This document shows positions 44,121 through 59,049 of a DNA stretch of 64,000 nucleotides, one piece after another. The notes beneath the pieces are model-generated. The model was not told the DNA's origin and did no database searches. It worked only from the letters and a program-made list of their open reading frames with translations. How positions within the stretch are numbered: the stretch's first letter is position 1; every line of letters begins with the position of its first letter. Position numbers and translations under genes: made by a program. The stretch is from Octopus vulgaris (Eukaryota), in NCBI GenBank assembly GCA_951406725.2, contig OX597821.1, positions 106,578,001 through 106,642,000 on the forward strand. Direction: 5' to 3'.

Positions 44121-44650
44121 ACTACCGAGTAAAGTTTCTAGCTTTAAGATGATGCATTTATATGTTCGCATAGTTTTCTTGAACAACACACATATTCGCA
44201 CTTCTACCAAGTCTCCTGAGGTCGCCAAAACCTTTCATCCTGCGACGGACTAACGTCCCATCCATTTAGGGAATACAGAATCGCCATGAATCCGGAAAAC
44301 CGAGCTTTAAGTGTCGGTGAGAGTCGAGCAGGAAATTTCAAATGTTTCATTAATTGAAAGAAGCATAGTTAATTAGACATAATATAAGCAAACAAATACT
44401 AAAATAAAATATCGATCCCATATTCAGGTTAACTTTAGAGTAAGCAGTAGTTAACAGAAATTGACTGCATAGATTGAAGGCGTTACAAGAAATAAAGGTG
44501 TGGTTATATTTCATGACAATTATACACCCACTCATTAATAATAATGAACGCAAAAGAGAAGTGTTCTCAAAGCATTATAAGGAAGCATACAAACAGTGAG
44601 ACAATTTTTTCTCATATCATAACAAGTTATATCAACAAACTAAGAAACTC

Positions 44651-45703
44651 ATGGATGCATCTAACTCGGGCCCCAAAATTTCGAAATCACAATCAGTTCA
44701 TATAAGAACGAACGACAACTCTCCAAAAATCATAAATGAGAGTCCTTGCAAGGCTTACCTTTGGAAACTCAGACGTCTTGCAATTGTATGTTCTATTCCT
44801 TCTAAAATGAGTTTAGAAATTTGGAAAAAATCTGAGGTGAAAACCCGAATTCTGTTTTTATGCCTGCCTTTAATCTATTTAATCCCAGCGTTTGATACTT
44901 TACGTTTCATATGGTTTATTGTAGCAAGTTATACTTCAAAGAATACTGAATATATTTTAGGGAAATGTTTTATGCTCATGATGAAGATGTGTCCAGGTAT
45001 AATTTCACTGCTCGTTACCTGGAAACGATCTCACGTCAACGCTTTAATCGATGACATTCAAAATTATATTCTGATAAGCCCAAGTAATATATTAAAGAAG
45101 AGGTCCAACAAATGTGGAACATGTAATATTTTGATGATTATATGTATTACTTTTATCATCTCGTCTACAAACCAAATTATTTTACCGACAACTCTGTCTG
45201 ATCCGCAATATTTTATGGAAGTGTCAGGATTTCCATTATCACGAGAGAATAAGTTATTTACATTTATGTTAATAATGAATTTCACGACAGATTTATGGAA
45301 TGCTATGTTGTTTATGCCATTAGGGGAATTAAGAGATGCATTAACTTCAATAGTCATAGAAGAATTTAAGTGTTTATCAAAGACGCTTAGAGAGACAATA
45401 CCGGATATTCAAGATGCCAAAGGAAAAATCATTCAGAGACGCATAAATCTTAACGAAAAATTGGATGAAATAATTAACCAACATACTAGACTGGGCCTAT
45501 TGATGAAAGGCATGAACTCGGTATTTGAGTTTTGTAATGGCACGATCGTATTACTCTTCCTTATTATCTGCTGTATCATATCTTATGAAATAGCGAATGA
45601 ATTAGTCTACCAGAAAGGCTACGTAATACAGATTGTTATGGGAATAATGACTGCACTGTATTGTTTATATCTGATATACATAGGACTGGTGGTTTATTCG
45701 CGT
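44651..45703 (+). CDS. Grl-like variable exon V7, TM1-TM6, subfamily B
   Basis: 351 codons, GTAAGT at 45704 (phase 0); same motifs as V5/V6. Confidence 0.82.
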
Positions 45704-46135
45704 GTAAGTATCACTTTCCTGTATTTATTGTCAGAAAATCGTTCAAACCGGAGATTTTATTTTTCGCTGTATATTCATATCTGATAAATTGGACTCACCT
45801 TCTAAACACTCATAACCCCACTGAATCGATCCTTGGGAGAAATTTAAGTGTGTATGCTCCAGTCATTCGAGCACTGCATAATGTTTTCTGAAGAAATATA
45901 CAATCAAAATCATCTGTTAGCTCTCTCTCCCTCCCCCCACACTTACTATCTTTCTCTTTCTTTCTCTCTCTCTTCTCTCCATATATATATATATATATAT
46001 GGAGAGAAAGAGAGGTCCTTTTTCATAGCGTTTTTCCGATGGCCGGGTAACTGAAAAGATGGTGATATGGTTTTCCACCTCGGCATCCGAAACTCAGAGT
46101 TTTATCTTGGCTACCGAATAATTGTCACATATTAC

Positions 46136-46255
<120 letters not shown>

Positions 46256-47573
46256 TTCTCTGCCTTTCACACTTTGCACTCCATTTTGATCTGTCTGTTC
46301 CTCTCTCTCTCCCTTCTCCTCCTCCTTTTTTCTTTTCTTGCCTCTGATTCGTTGGTCTCCTCTTCCCCCACTCTCTCATATTTCTCTGTCTTTCTCTCTT
46401 TGCACATCACTGATTCTGTCGCCAAGCCAATCCTTGGCACGCTCTCTTTCTTTTCCCTTCTTTAATTCCTTCTTTCTCTCTCTTCTCCCCTCTTTGGTGC
46501 TTTCGTCCCTCTTTTTCTCTCTCTCTTTGATTCCTTTGCCTCCTTCTTTTTTCTCTCTTCTCCTCTCACGTGACCGCTGGTCAACCAACCTTTTGTCTTC
46601 CGACTACTGCTGCAAGAACATCGCTCTCTTCGTCTGCCGATAAAGGCATTTTTTTCCAAATACGCCAGCTAAACTAAGTTGTACTGTCTATCGTCTTAAG
46701 ATACCCGCTGTTTTTGTCCTGTTATTACTATTATTGCTTTTTGTATTTATATTCGTGTGGCATCGTTCGTTTTTCTGTCCCTGTTTCGTATGCATTCGAT
46801 CCTTTTTCCAAGAAATCTAATGCTCGTAGCTTAGATTTTCATTGGGGCTGGCCGGATCGCAGCGATCTCAAGATTAATCAGCCGAAATTGCGAGGATGAC
46901 CCGGTTCTTGGCCGAAGATTGAAGGCTTCGAATGTCCCATCCGTGTTTTTTGTATTGTCTTCTAAATGTTTTGCGTTCTTGTCCCAGTTTGTATTTTTTT
47001 TTTTACAAATACATATATATATATATTTTATCAAGGATCGTGGGTAAGGCCTAAACAATGCGAAGTAGATGTAAGGTAAATCAAAAGTGGCAAATAGGTG
47101 ACTTAATATAGACTTAGTATGTATACAAAATTTCGGGGTATGAGCCCATTTTCAAGAAATTCACGAAAAGTGCCTCTGTGCGTGTGTGTTAACGGTTTTA
47201 ACACCAACATATTGAATAAAAGTTATATAAATGATATCTCGTCATCACAGACGATATCAGAGAGTTAAATAGAAGGAAGTAGTAGAGTTTAATAGGAGAA
47301 AATATTTTGCAAATATAGATATATAGGAAAGGTAATGGGAAATATAATAACATATATCTCTATCTTTATCTTCATTTTTATCTTTATCATTATTCTTTAT
47401 CGTTATTTTAATATATAATTTTATGGTTTTATTTTACATTTATACTTCCTATATCACTTTGCCGAAATCTGTCCTACAGCATAAAACGTCGCCATTTTAC
47501 GCACATGCACTCAAATGACGACGACGAGAGTTCGCTACCAGGCTCTACTCATTCTTTCATCAAATTGGCTTTA

Positions 47574-47657
<84 letters not shown>

Positions 47658-48226
47658 TATTGTGTTGTCCGGAAAGTTCGTGCCGATTTTTAAAGGAAAG
47701 ACAAAGGTCAATAAATACTTGCCATTACATTTTTAATCTACCAAATATTAACCAGTGTGTTGCACAATGCGTCTCCATCTTTCCTTTAACTTGAAAATAC
47801 CCTCTTCCCAGAATTGAGGTAATTTCATAGCAAATAATTCATCAAGGTATCTTTTTACACGTCATCCAAGGAATTGAAATTTTTACCATTAAGATTATTC
47901 TGCAGAGACCTGAATAAGTGGAAATCCCAAGGAGCAATATCTGGTGAATATGGAGATTGGAGTAACACATCACAGCCGAGCCGCAGCAATTTTTGTCTTG
48001 TTCCCAAAAGCATCAAGTGCCGAAAATGAACTTCCTTATCTTCCATTTTAAAGGGCTACAGAATTAACACAGGTTATAGGAACATAAAACTTCTTCCACG
48101 AAGAGATAGCTTTAACTGTGCTCTAAATGGAGGTGTAGTCAAATCCTATTTTATGGACTCAACCATGTTCTAAAATAAGTCAAAAGTTAAGGTCCTATAA
48201 ATTGGCACGAACTTTCCGTACAATCC
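47658..48226 (-). mobile_element. Internally deleted mariner element with TIRs
   Basis: TIRs TTGTCCGGAAAGTTCGTGCCGATTT / AAATTGGCACGAACTTTCCGTACAA; MEDKEVHFRHLML fused to PYSPDIAPWDFHLFRSLQN. Confidence 0.88.
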
Positions 48227-48527
48227 ACCCCCCATTTACAAAATTTACAAAAGCTATGTTCTCACTTAACTTATGTCTATAAATATAAAATTAATAATAT
48301 ATAGGGATAAAAAATAAAATATAATATATGCTTGTGATGATATAAAATGATATAAGATGAAAGGAATGGCAAAAAATTAAATATATTCGAATAAAAACTA
48401 TAGTACGAATGACAAAATGCAAAATTTACAAATGATACGAATGATAACATTTAAAAATCTACAAAGTAAAAATAACTTAAGGGTAACGTAAAAGAATATG
48501 TACATCACCGTTGAGTCCATTGTCCTA

Positions 48528-48539
<12 letters not shown>

Positions 48540-48582
<43 letters not shown>

Positions 48583-48605
48583 TATAGATAGATAGATAGA
48601 TAGAC

Positions 48606-48676
<71 letters not shown>

Positions 48677-48681
48677 CAAAC

Positions 48682-48768
<87 letters not shown>

Positions 48769-48769
48769 T

Positions 48770-48803
<34 letters not shown>
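48540..48803. repeat. (GATA)n microsatellite
   Basis: Directly visible. Confidence 0.95.
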
Positions 48804-48805
<2 letters not shown>

Positions 48806-49329
48806 GTAACAGGACAAACAGAGAAATGCATACATACATATTTATACAATATAGAAATATGGATGTTTGTTATATAAATGTGCTTTTCATGTACCTCTCT
48901 GTATGAAATCGTTTTTAAACATATTTGAACAGAAATGATTTTATTTTTCTATACAAAATAAAACTTCTTTGAAGAAATCTTAATTTGGGCAAGTGATATT
49001 AAATTCTTGTATATGTCTTTCACATCACAATTATTTATCCGCTACATTCAGCGCTTGCTAATTCTATAAGTGTTCATTACTAAGTTTAAGTTTTGCAGAA
49101 AGACCACCCCGGACGGTTTTCTGCCACTCAGTCTTGTAGGGTGTGTTTATATTATAGAGATAGTGTGTCTGCTTATATGAGAGAGAGATTGTGTATGCCT
49201 GTGTGAGGTTGAGAGGTCATCGAAAACAATATAAGAAAGAAATATGAAATGAAAACTCGTATAAAACTATCGGCATTCATCCGCTTCTACCCCCAGAAAT
49301 ACCGAAAGGTAAAATTGGGTTTGGTGCGT

Positions 49330-49560
49330 TAGTTTCCGTAAAAGTTTGTATTTATTTACTTTTGTTTTAACGTGAGGGAGAAAATACAGTTTCCAGCTCA
49401 TCGTTATCCACAGGTCTAGCATGGGTCTGATTTTCAAGAGTGATGTCACCAGAACAGAACTTTTCAAACCATTGATGTACAATGCCATCATACGCCTCAT
49501 CTTCACCTAGCAACTCTGATGTTTCGTGCTGTCTGAGATGCATTGGTTCCACGATGAAAC
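49330..49560 (-). mobile_element. Mariner transposase N-terminal (HTH) remnant
   Basis: HQWFEKFCSGDITLENQTHARP resembles WF.KF.SG...LED..RSGRP. Confidence 0.65.
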
Positions 49561-49948
49561 TCATATTCATATAAAGAACACGAATTTTGTTATCTATCCA
49601 TGTGTTCGCAATAATTGATTTGTAAGAGAAAACACACAATGCAATCAGAAACCATGAATAGCATTTCGAAAAATGAGAATGTAACTCTTCAATGCTGTTA
49701 AACAAAGAATTGAAGGGATATAACATTAGAGTTAACGACTGTCAAACTTGGTGTGTAAGCAAATCGCATTTTTCATTCTTAATGTCCTGACATGGGGTTA
49801 GCCATATTCAAATGGCAAATATGCTTCACGATGTGTTACCGCTACTGTTTATAACTCGCTCTGAGATTTATCATTGTTTGATTTCACTTTTTCAATATCA
49901 GTGTCAATCGACACTGGAAAAAGTATATGTATTTGTGAAGGGAGCTGA

Positions 49949-50041
49949 CTTCTCGTCGACAACCATGATTGTCACACGCTGATGAAAGGTAAACACCTTG
50001 AAACTCGGGTCCGTGTGTATCATGAGTTGAAGACGAGGAGG
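49949..50041 (+). ncRNA. Canonical type I hammerhead ribozyme, monomer 1
   Basis: CACACG-CTGATGA(49979)-AAGGT AAAC ACCTT-GAAA-C TCGG-GTC(cleavage after 50011)-CGTGTG; helix I extends CATGAT/ATCATG and CTCGTC/GACGAG. Confidence 0.88.
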
Positions 50042-50300
50042 ATGACTCCCCTTCACAAATACTGAGAGGACACAGATAGTGTGTCTATAGCCAGCTGGAG
50101 GAGATATCTTCCTGGGGCTACAAACTACAGTAGCATCCACCCTTAGGGGTTAGCCATATTCAAATGGCAAATATTCGTCACGATGTGTTACCGCTACTGT
50201 TTATAACTCGCTCTGAGATTTATCATTGTTTGATTTCACTTTTTCAATATCAGTGTCAATCGACACTGGAAAAAGTATATGTATTTGTGAAGGGAGCTGA

Positions 50301-50393
50301 CTTCTCGTCGACAACCATGATTGTCACACGCTGATGAAAGGTAAACACCTTGAAACTCGGGTCCGTGTGTATCATGAGTTGAAGACGGGGAGG
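50301..50393 (+). ncRNA. Canonical type I hammerhead ribozyme, monomer 2
   Basis: Identical core, CTGATGA at 50331, predicted cleavage after 50363. Confidence 0.88.
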
Positions 50394-50630
50394 ATGACTC
50401 CCCTTCACAAATACTAAGAGGACACAGATAGTGTGTCTATAGCCAGCTGAAGGAGATATCTTCCTGGGGCTACAAACTACAGTAGCATCCACCCTTAGGG
50501 GTTAGCCATATTCAAATAGCAAATATTCGTCACGATGTGTTACCGCTACTGTTTATAACTCGCTCTGAGATTTATCATTATAACTCGCTCTGAGATTTAT
50601 CATTATAACTCGCTCTGAGATTTATCATAG

Positions 50631-50689
<59 letters not shown>

Positions 50690-50901
50690 AAGTCCTTTAA
50701 CACGTTGATAAATAAATTTCCTTTTGAATTCTCCTTAAGGATATACTCAATTCACTGGTTTCGAATATGGGATTTCATTATGAAATTAAAGAAACTGGTA
50801 AGGAAATAGATTTGAGTAGGAGTTTCTTGTATGATTTTGAATGTATTTAAATAAAAATAGCAGTATGTAAATTCTTATCCATTTTCTTCATTTCGTTTAT
50901 C

Positions 50902-50953
<52 letters not shown>

Positions 50954-51239
50954 TAATAAAATGTCTCGAATGACACAACAATGATCATAACAACTGTTAT
51001 AGTTTACTCATCCATAGTCTGATATGATATGTCAGAGTAAGAATTCCTTTTTCAGATATCCCTACGAATTGATGGAGTCGCTGCTATAATCGGTTTTCCA
51101 ACGGCTTTTCTGGTGGTGGTGGTGGGGGGTTCCGGAAACGTCTCACGGAGCTCCTTCCGCAATTCCTTATGAGAAGTGCCTGATGTCGGCCATGTCTCAA
51201 TCTCATGTGTGCTGTCAAATCTGTAACGCTACTTCTAAG

Positions 51240-52110
51240 TTGTGTTTTACCTGCAGGTTCCTTTTGTTCCCCTTTCTTTTCTCTCCTTTTTTTTTGTTCT
51301 CAACAATACATAAGCATATCAAATATGAACTTACACGCATCTAGATGTAGGTAAATAATGTGTTGATTACCAACCTCAAGCCTGTTGTTAATTTGGGGTC
51401 CTGGTCTGTATATGAGTATAGCTTCCTTAATTCTTAAATTACCCAAATTGCTTTCATTTGACTCAATTGTGACTGTTATGCATTTGTCAGTGTTCCGGCA
51501 TCTGTCTAGATATTTTCTGAAGGAGGAGACTCTCGTGTTCAGATGTTGTTTGACGCGGACGTGTAACGGTCTTGTTGTGCTACACACATAGAACCTTTCC
51601 ATTTGTTACGTTGCATTCTATACACAACATTTACCCGTTGGCATAAATCTGTGTCACGGATGGGACAGTTTGTTAGTGTGCACTGATTGCTGTCTCTTAT
51701 TCGTTTCTTTGCGAGGTGTCTACTCAGAGAGAGGCCGGAGTGGGCTAGTTGTATGTCTAACCCTTATCTTCTAAAGGGTCTTCCGATTGCTATTTGTTAT
51801 CCTCTAGCTAAAATGGGATATTTTAAGGAAGCATGTGCTGCTGGTTTTTCTATCTGTTCGGCGTTTTCGTCGTCTTGGATACTTAAGCCGATTTACAATA
51901 GATCTAGGGTACCCGTTGGTTTTCAATATATCTAGGAAGCGTGTATATTTAGGAAGACAGATGATGTAGATAACAAACAAATGTATTAGTTTAACGCTCG
52001 GGAAATGAAAATGTCTTTAACGTTTCGAGCCTACACTCTTCCACAGAAAAGAACACAGAAAGAAACAACGTGAGAAAATAAAGAATGTGTAGTGGCTAGC
52101 GATCTATCAT
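51240..52110 (-). mobile_element. Penelope-like element remnant (GIY-YIG)
   Basis: FYVCSTTRPLHVRVKQHL..LRIKEAILI..PQINNRLE; adjacent hammerhead-like TTT-CTGTGGA-AGAGT GTAG GCTC-GAAA-CG-TT-AAAG on - at ~52014-52051. Confidence 0.75.
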
Positions 52111-52181
52111 GGATATATATATATATATATATATATGTACAAATATATGCATATATATATGTACATATATATATGCATATA

Positions 52182-52219
<38 letters not shown>

Positions 52220-52911
52220 AAAATAGTAAAGTGTGAAAAAACGACAGAAGGCTTAAATGTTAAAAAATATATATATTTGTGTCAAAATGTCTGGAGAATA
52301 TTGGAAAAATTTTTTTCCTTTCCTTAAAATCGACATAATTTTAAAATTTTTAAAGAAATTACCGGTTTCGCGTGTAGCTTTTCAAATTTCTTGTGACGTT
52401 TATATATATATATATATATATATACTGTATATATATATATAACTATATATATATATATTAAATTAGAGATAAAACCACTATTAGGCAAATCAAACATATT
52501 TAAATTAAAGTTTTAAATTTTAACTTTAATTCAAAAATTTTAACTTTAATTTTAAATATTTTGAATTTTATATTTTAAATATTTTTTATTAATTAATTTT
52601 ATTTCTATGTATTGGTTTATGATTTTCCCTGTTTGATTTGCCTAATAGTGGTTTTATCTCTAATTTAATATATATATTTATACTATAAAATTAGATTTAA
52701 TCCTAAATCTAATTTTTCCCTGTAAGTTTGGATTTACTCCCTTATATTATTATTATGTATAAATATATATACATATAGATATGCATTCGTGCAGAGCGAA
52801 AGGAAGGACAATGTTCAAACTTTAAGATGATGCGTTTGTATGTGCGCATAGTTTTCTTGGACGACACACCTTCTTTCACGTCTACGACGGACTGAAGTCC
52901 CGCCCCTTTAG

Positions 52912-52983
<72 letters not shown>

Positions 52984-53352
52984 ATGAAATTAGGAAATCG
53001 GGCATTTTCACTCGGTATGTTTGGAGAAACTTAACAACCGTTTTCATTAGCTTAAAGTAACATGGATGATTTGACATAATAAAAGCAAGCAATAACTAAC
53101 AGATAATAACGACCCCATATTCAGGTTTACTTTAGAGTAAACAGAAGTTAATAGAAAGCGATTGCATACATTGAATTTGTCACAATGAATAAAGGCGTGA
53201 TCCTTTTTAATGATAATTATGCATCCAGTCATAAGTGTTAATGAATGTAGTAGATATCTTATTCTCAAAACATTATAAAGAAGCTTACAGCCAGTGAGAG
53301 AAATTTTTTCTAATATCATACCAAGTTAGATAAGAACAAATATAAGAAACTC

Positions 53353-54405
53353 ATGGAAGCATCTAAATTGGGCCCCGAAATATCGGATTCACATTCAGTT
53401 CATATAAGAACGAGCGACAACTCTCCAAAAACCCTAAATGAGAGCCTTTTGATGGAATACCTGGAGAAACTCAGACGTCTTGCAATTGTATGTTCTATTC
53501 CTTCTAAAATGAGTTTAGAAATTTGGAAAAAATCCGTGGTGAAAACACGAATTCTGTATTTATGTCTCCCTTTAATCTATTTAATTTCAGTGTTTGATAT
53601 TTTACGTTTTATATGGTTTGTTGTAGCGAGTTATACATCAAAGAATACTGAATATATATTAGGAAAATGCTTTATGCTCTTGATGAAGATATTCCCAGGT
53701 ATATTGTCACTGCTCGTTACCTGGAAACGAACTCACACCAACGCATTAATCGATGATATTAACACTTATATTCCAATATGCCCAAGTAATGTATTAATGA
53801 AGAGGTTCCACAAATTTAGAGCATGTAAGATTTTGATCAACATATGTGCTAATTTTCTCATGTGCGCTATATTCCAAACTATTTTACCATTAATTTTAAC
53901 TGATCCAGAATATTTTTTGGAGGACTTAGCTTTTCCATTATCACGGCAGAATAGTTTTTTTGCGTTTATGCTAATAATGAATTTCTTGACAAATATATGG
54001 AATTCTATTGTTTTTCTGCCATTTGGGATATTATGCGATGCATTAACTTCAATATTCACAGAAGAATTTAAGTATTTATCGGAGTCCCTCAGAAAATCCA
54101 TAGAGGAAGATCAAGCTTCTAAAAAACAAATATTTCGGAGAAGAATAAATCTCAATAAAAAACTAAACGAAATAATTAACCACCACACTAGACTGAGCCT
54201 ATTGACGAAAGACATGAACTCGGTATTTCAGTTTTCTAATGGCCAGATTGTATTAATCTTCCTCATTATCTGCTGTATTATATCTTATGAAATAGCGAAT
54301 GGATTAGTCTACCAGAAAGGCTACGTACTACAGGTTATTACGGGAATAATGACTGCACTGTATTGTTTATATCTGATATACAGAGGACTGGTGTTTTACT
54401 CGCAG
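53353..54405 (+). CDS. Grl-like variable exon V8, TM1-TM6, subfamily B
   Basis: 351 codons, CAG|GTAAGT at 54406 (phase 0). Confidence 0.82.
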
Positions 54406-54525
54406 GTAAGTATGACGTTTGTGTATTTGTTATGAGAATATCGTTAAAAACAGAGGAGGTATTTTTCTGGTTATGTAAACTGAATGTGATTCCGATATTT
54501 ATGTTAATAATGAATTTCACGACAG

Positions 54526-55477
<952 letters not shown>

Positions 55478-55727
55478 ATATCTGTTTCAACACACGACTT
55501 CACATAAAAAATCTTGCACAACAAATATTTAAACGTACTATATATATATATATATACATATATACATACATACATGGATACATACTTACATGCATACATA
55601 TATACATACATACATGGATACATACATACTTACATTCATACATACATATATACATACATAATACATACATACATACATACACACATACATACACACATAC
55701 ATACATACATACGTACATACATACATC

Positions 55728-56033
55728 CTCTTAATGTTACTTGATCTGGAATATTTTGTGGAGGTTTCAGCTTTTCCGTTATCACGACAGAATAAGATTA
55801 TTGCGTCTACGTTAACAATAAATTTCTCGAAAGATTTATGGTATTCTCATATTTTGTGTCACCTCGGAGATAAGGTAATGCATTAAGATTAATATATATG
55901 GAAGAATTTAAGTATTTATCACAGACGCTTGGAAATTCCATACAGGAAACTTATAATTCGAACAAACAAATCATTCAGAGATTTATAAACCTCAAAGAAA
56001 GATTAACTGAAAAAATTAAATTACATACAAGAC
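55728..56033 (+). pseudogene. Grl-like variable exon fragment pseudo-V9 (EL2-IL2 region)
   Basis: [20 protein letters not shown]...frameshift...EEFKYLSQTLGNSIQE..INLKERLTEKIKLHTR; cut by a SINE at ~56040. Confidence 0.8.
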
Positions 56034-56040
56034 AGTCAAT

Positions 56041-56283
56041 TCTTTTCCAGTCTAGGTACAAGGCTAAAAATATGTGGTGTGGAGGGGATTAGATCGACCT
56101 CAGTACGTATCTAGTACTTAATTAATCGACCCCGAAAGGATGAAAGACAAATTCGGTGGAATTTGAATTCAAAACGTAAAGACAGGCGAAATATCTGTTT
56201 CTTTACTACCCACAAGGGGCTAAACACAGAGATAACAAACAAGGTTAGACAAAGGGATTAAGTCGATTATATCGACTCCAGTG
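56041..56283 (-). mobile_element. SINE family B fragments
   Basis: Reverse-complement match to 15059-15285. Confidence 0.7.
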
Positions 56284-56337
56284 TGCAATATATATATATT
56301 TGTATGTATTATCGATATATGTATAAATGGGTATATA

Positions 56338-56405
<68 letters not shown>

Positions 56406-56418
56406 CGTATGAATTATC

Positions 56419-56467
<49 letters not shown>

Positions 56468-56469
56468 TT

Positions 56470-56830
56470 ATGTAAATCTTTGCCATAATTCCTGAAGAGC
56501 CATAAGTCGAAGAATTTCTTCGACTTCAGCAGAACATATTTCTGTCCTCTTACTTGCACCAATGTCTGGCCTCCTAACTCTGGTCACCAATATCTAGCGT
56601 CCAAATTGTACCTGAATTATTAATTGTGGTGCGAGGTTGAAAAAGACACCAACCGCTATGCCTGCAACACCAACGCCAAGCTGGAGGCCATGATCAAGCA
56701 CATGTTCGAACATCTTCCGAGGGAAACATTGAGGAACGCATGCGCCAGGTTCCAGATTCCATCGCAAGACCATCGTGGAAACTGGGAGTGGCTACGCAGA
56801 GTAAGCTATTATCTCCCATCCATTTAAAAG
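56470..56830 (+). mobile_element. Tc1/mariner transposase C-terminal remnant
   Basis: VWPPNS..., WCEVEKDTN..NTNAKLEAMIK..ETLRNACARF. Confidence 0.65.
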
Positions 56831-57002
56831 TGCTGTAGGTTGGGACGGGATATTATGTTCTGCCCCCTTTTAAGCAAACTGTGATATTTTTATCGAACGC
56901 CGATATGGATATATAGAAATATCGATCAATACATAAATATAAAGATAAGTAGATAGATAGATGCATACATACATACATGCACCGAGAAACAGAGACTCAG
57001 AC

Positions 57003-57053
<51 letters not shown>

Positions 57054-57632
57054 CATACATACATACATACATACATACATACATACATACATACATACAT
57101 ACATACATACATACATACATACATGTTTGTAGACATATTGATGTTTGTTATATAAATGTTTTTCTTATATGTGTATACATGTACCTCTGTGTAAGAAATT
57201 GCTTTTAATCATATTTGAACAGAAGTGATATTTTTATATATTGATGATCAGAACAAACTAATGCTTCTTTCATCAAATCGAAACCTGGGCAAATAGCATT
57301 GATTTCATATATGTCTTTCACATCACAACTTTGTATCCGTTTCTCTTCAAATCAACTCTTTGTGAACTCATTACAATCATCGCTTGCTAATTCTGTAAGT
57401 GTCCATTACTGACATGAACAGGAAGAAAGCCCACCGGGCGGTTCTCTGTTGATCTAACTGGGAATATGTATGTGTTTATATTACAGAGGCAGTGTTTATA
57501 TTGGGAATTCGGTGTGTATGTGTTTCTGTGTGTGAGAGAGAGACAGACAGATGCCAACAGAGAATCTTGCAAACAATGAATGAAATAAACATGAAATGAA
57601 AAAATCACATAAATATATATTTCTTTAGTGTC

Positions 57633-57839
57633 CGTAGGGGTCTAAACATAGAGGGGATAAACAAAGGGATTAATTCGATTATATCCACCCTAGTGCGTAA
57701 CCGGTACTTATTTCATCGATCACGAAAGGATGAAAAGCAAAGTCGACCTCGGCGGAAGTTAAACTCAGAACGTAAAGACAGACGAAATACTGCCAAGCTT
57801 TTCACCCAGCGTAGATACGTATCTGCCAGCTCGCCGCCT
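57633..57839 (-). mobile_element. SINE family B
   Basis: Ends ...CTGCCAGCTCGCCGCC, reverse complement of the 12262 head. Confidence 0.8.
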
Positions 57840-59002
57840 TAAATATTCCTTTGTACTCTAAGCTTAAGTCCCGTAATTTTGTGCGGAGTACATTCAGCTG
57901 AACACGTCACTCAAAAAGTAAATAAATAAAACTTTTTCGGAAATTAACGAAGTGTATGGGTTCAAGCTATCTTGTACCGAATATTTAAATTTGTGAACTC
58001 GAAATTCACAAAGGACGTCCAGTAAGAAAATTTTCCTGAAATCTTAAATTTATAAAAAATCTCACTAGCTTAGGTAATATTTCTTTCAGTAATGTATCGT
58101 AATTTTAATATACCTGTAATTTAAACAACCTTCAAGGTAAGACTAGCATGGTTAGCATGCTAGAAACAGCAACGATCACATAGTTGTTATATAATACCGT
58201 TCCAAACAGCCATACCAACAAACTCACTTATTACACTTTTTAAAGAATTATACATCAAAAATAAGCCTGAAACTTATACATCTATTCTGTCTGACATCAT
58301 TCATTCATTCATTCAATAAATAAATTCTTTTACGTTACGTATATGGAATAAACTGTGGGCTTTTCAAACAGCGAATTAAAACTTGAAATGAAAGCATTGG
58401 AATGAATATATATTAAATTATCATTAATGAAAATAGAGAGAGTGAGAGACTGTTGCAAATGAAAACAGAAAAATTCACCCGTAACGAAATAATATTGTTT
58501 ATCAAAGGTACTTCATTTATCGACACAGAAAGGATGAAAGGGTATACTTTTCTACTCCAGGCACAAAGCTCGAAATTTCGGTAGGGGGAAAGTCGATTAG
58601 ATCAACCCCAATACGCAAATGGTACTTAATTTATCGACACCAAAAGTCTGATAGGCAAAGTCGAAAGGCAAAGTCTGAAAGTCATATACACATTTTGATG
58701 TATATATGTATATTGATGATTTAGTATGGGTGTATACTGATGTGAAATATTTAAATTTTTAATGTATTACTTGTATTAATCGAATTATATTTCATATATA
58801 ATTAATGGCAATATCTATTTTGAATCCACTCTTCAATTTAAGTTTTTACACTGATTTTTTTATAATTTATAATTTATAATGAATTCATTTATTTTGTTTA
58901 TCGCAAGACAGTTATTTTAAAGGACCGATGAAACAAATCCATTTTTAAAGGTATATCCTTTAATTAGTTTTGATCATATTGTTATATGTGTTCTATTTTA
59001 AC

Positions 59003-59049
59003 AAAACTGTCCGACGAACGGGAATGTGAAACTCTGAGTAACAGCTTTT
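59003..59049 (+). ncRNA. Hammerhead-like motif in solo PLE terminal fragment
   Basis: AAAACTGT-CCGACGA-ACG GGAA TGT-GAAA-CTC T GAG-TA-ACAGCTTTT. Confidence 0.55.

Larger units (their letters stand above)
49794..50578 (+). repeat. 352-bp tandem repeat (~2.2 copies), retrozyme-like
   Basis: Unit starts GGGGTTAGCCATATTCAAAT at ~49794, 50146, 50498; followed by a 25-bp triplication and (TA)n. Confidence 0.92.

Noticed and set aside
49794-50630. CRISPR-like or protein-coding reading of the 352-bp repeat (78-aa minus-strand ORFs)
   Set aside because: No unique spacers or cas genes; the ORFs lack an ATG start and any recognisable motif
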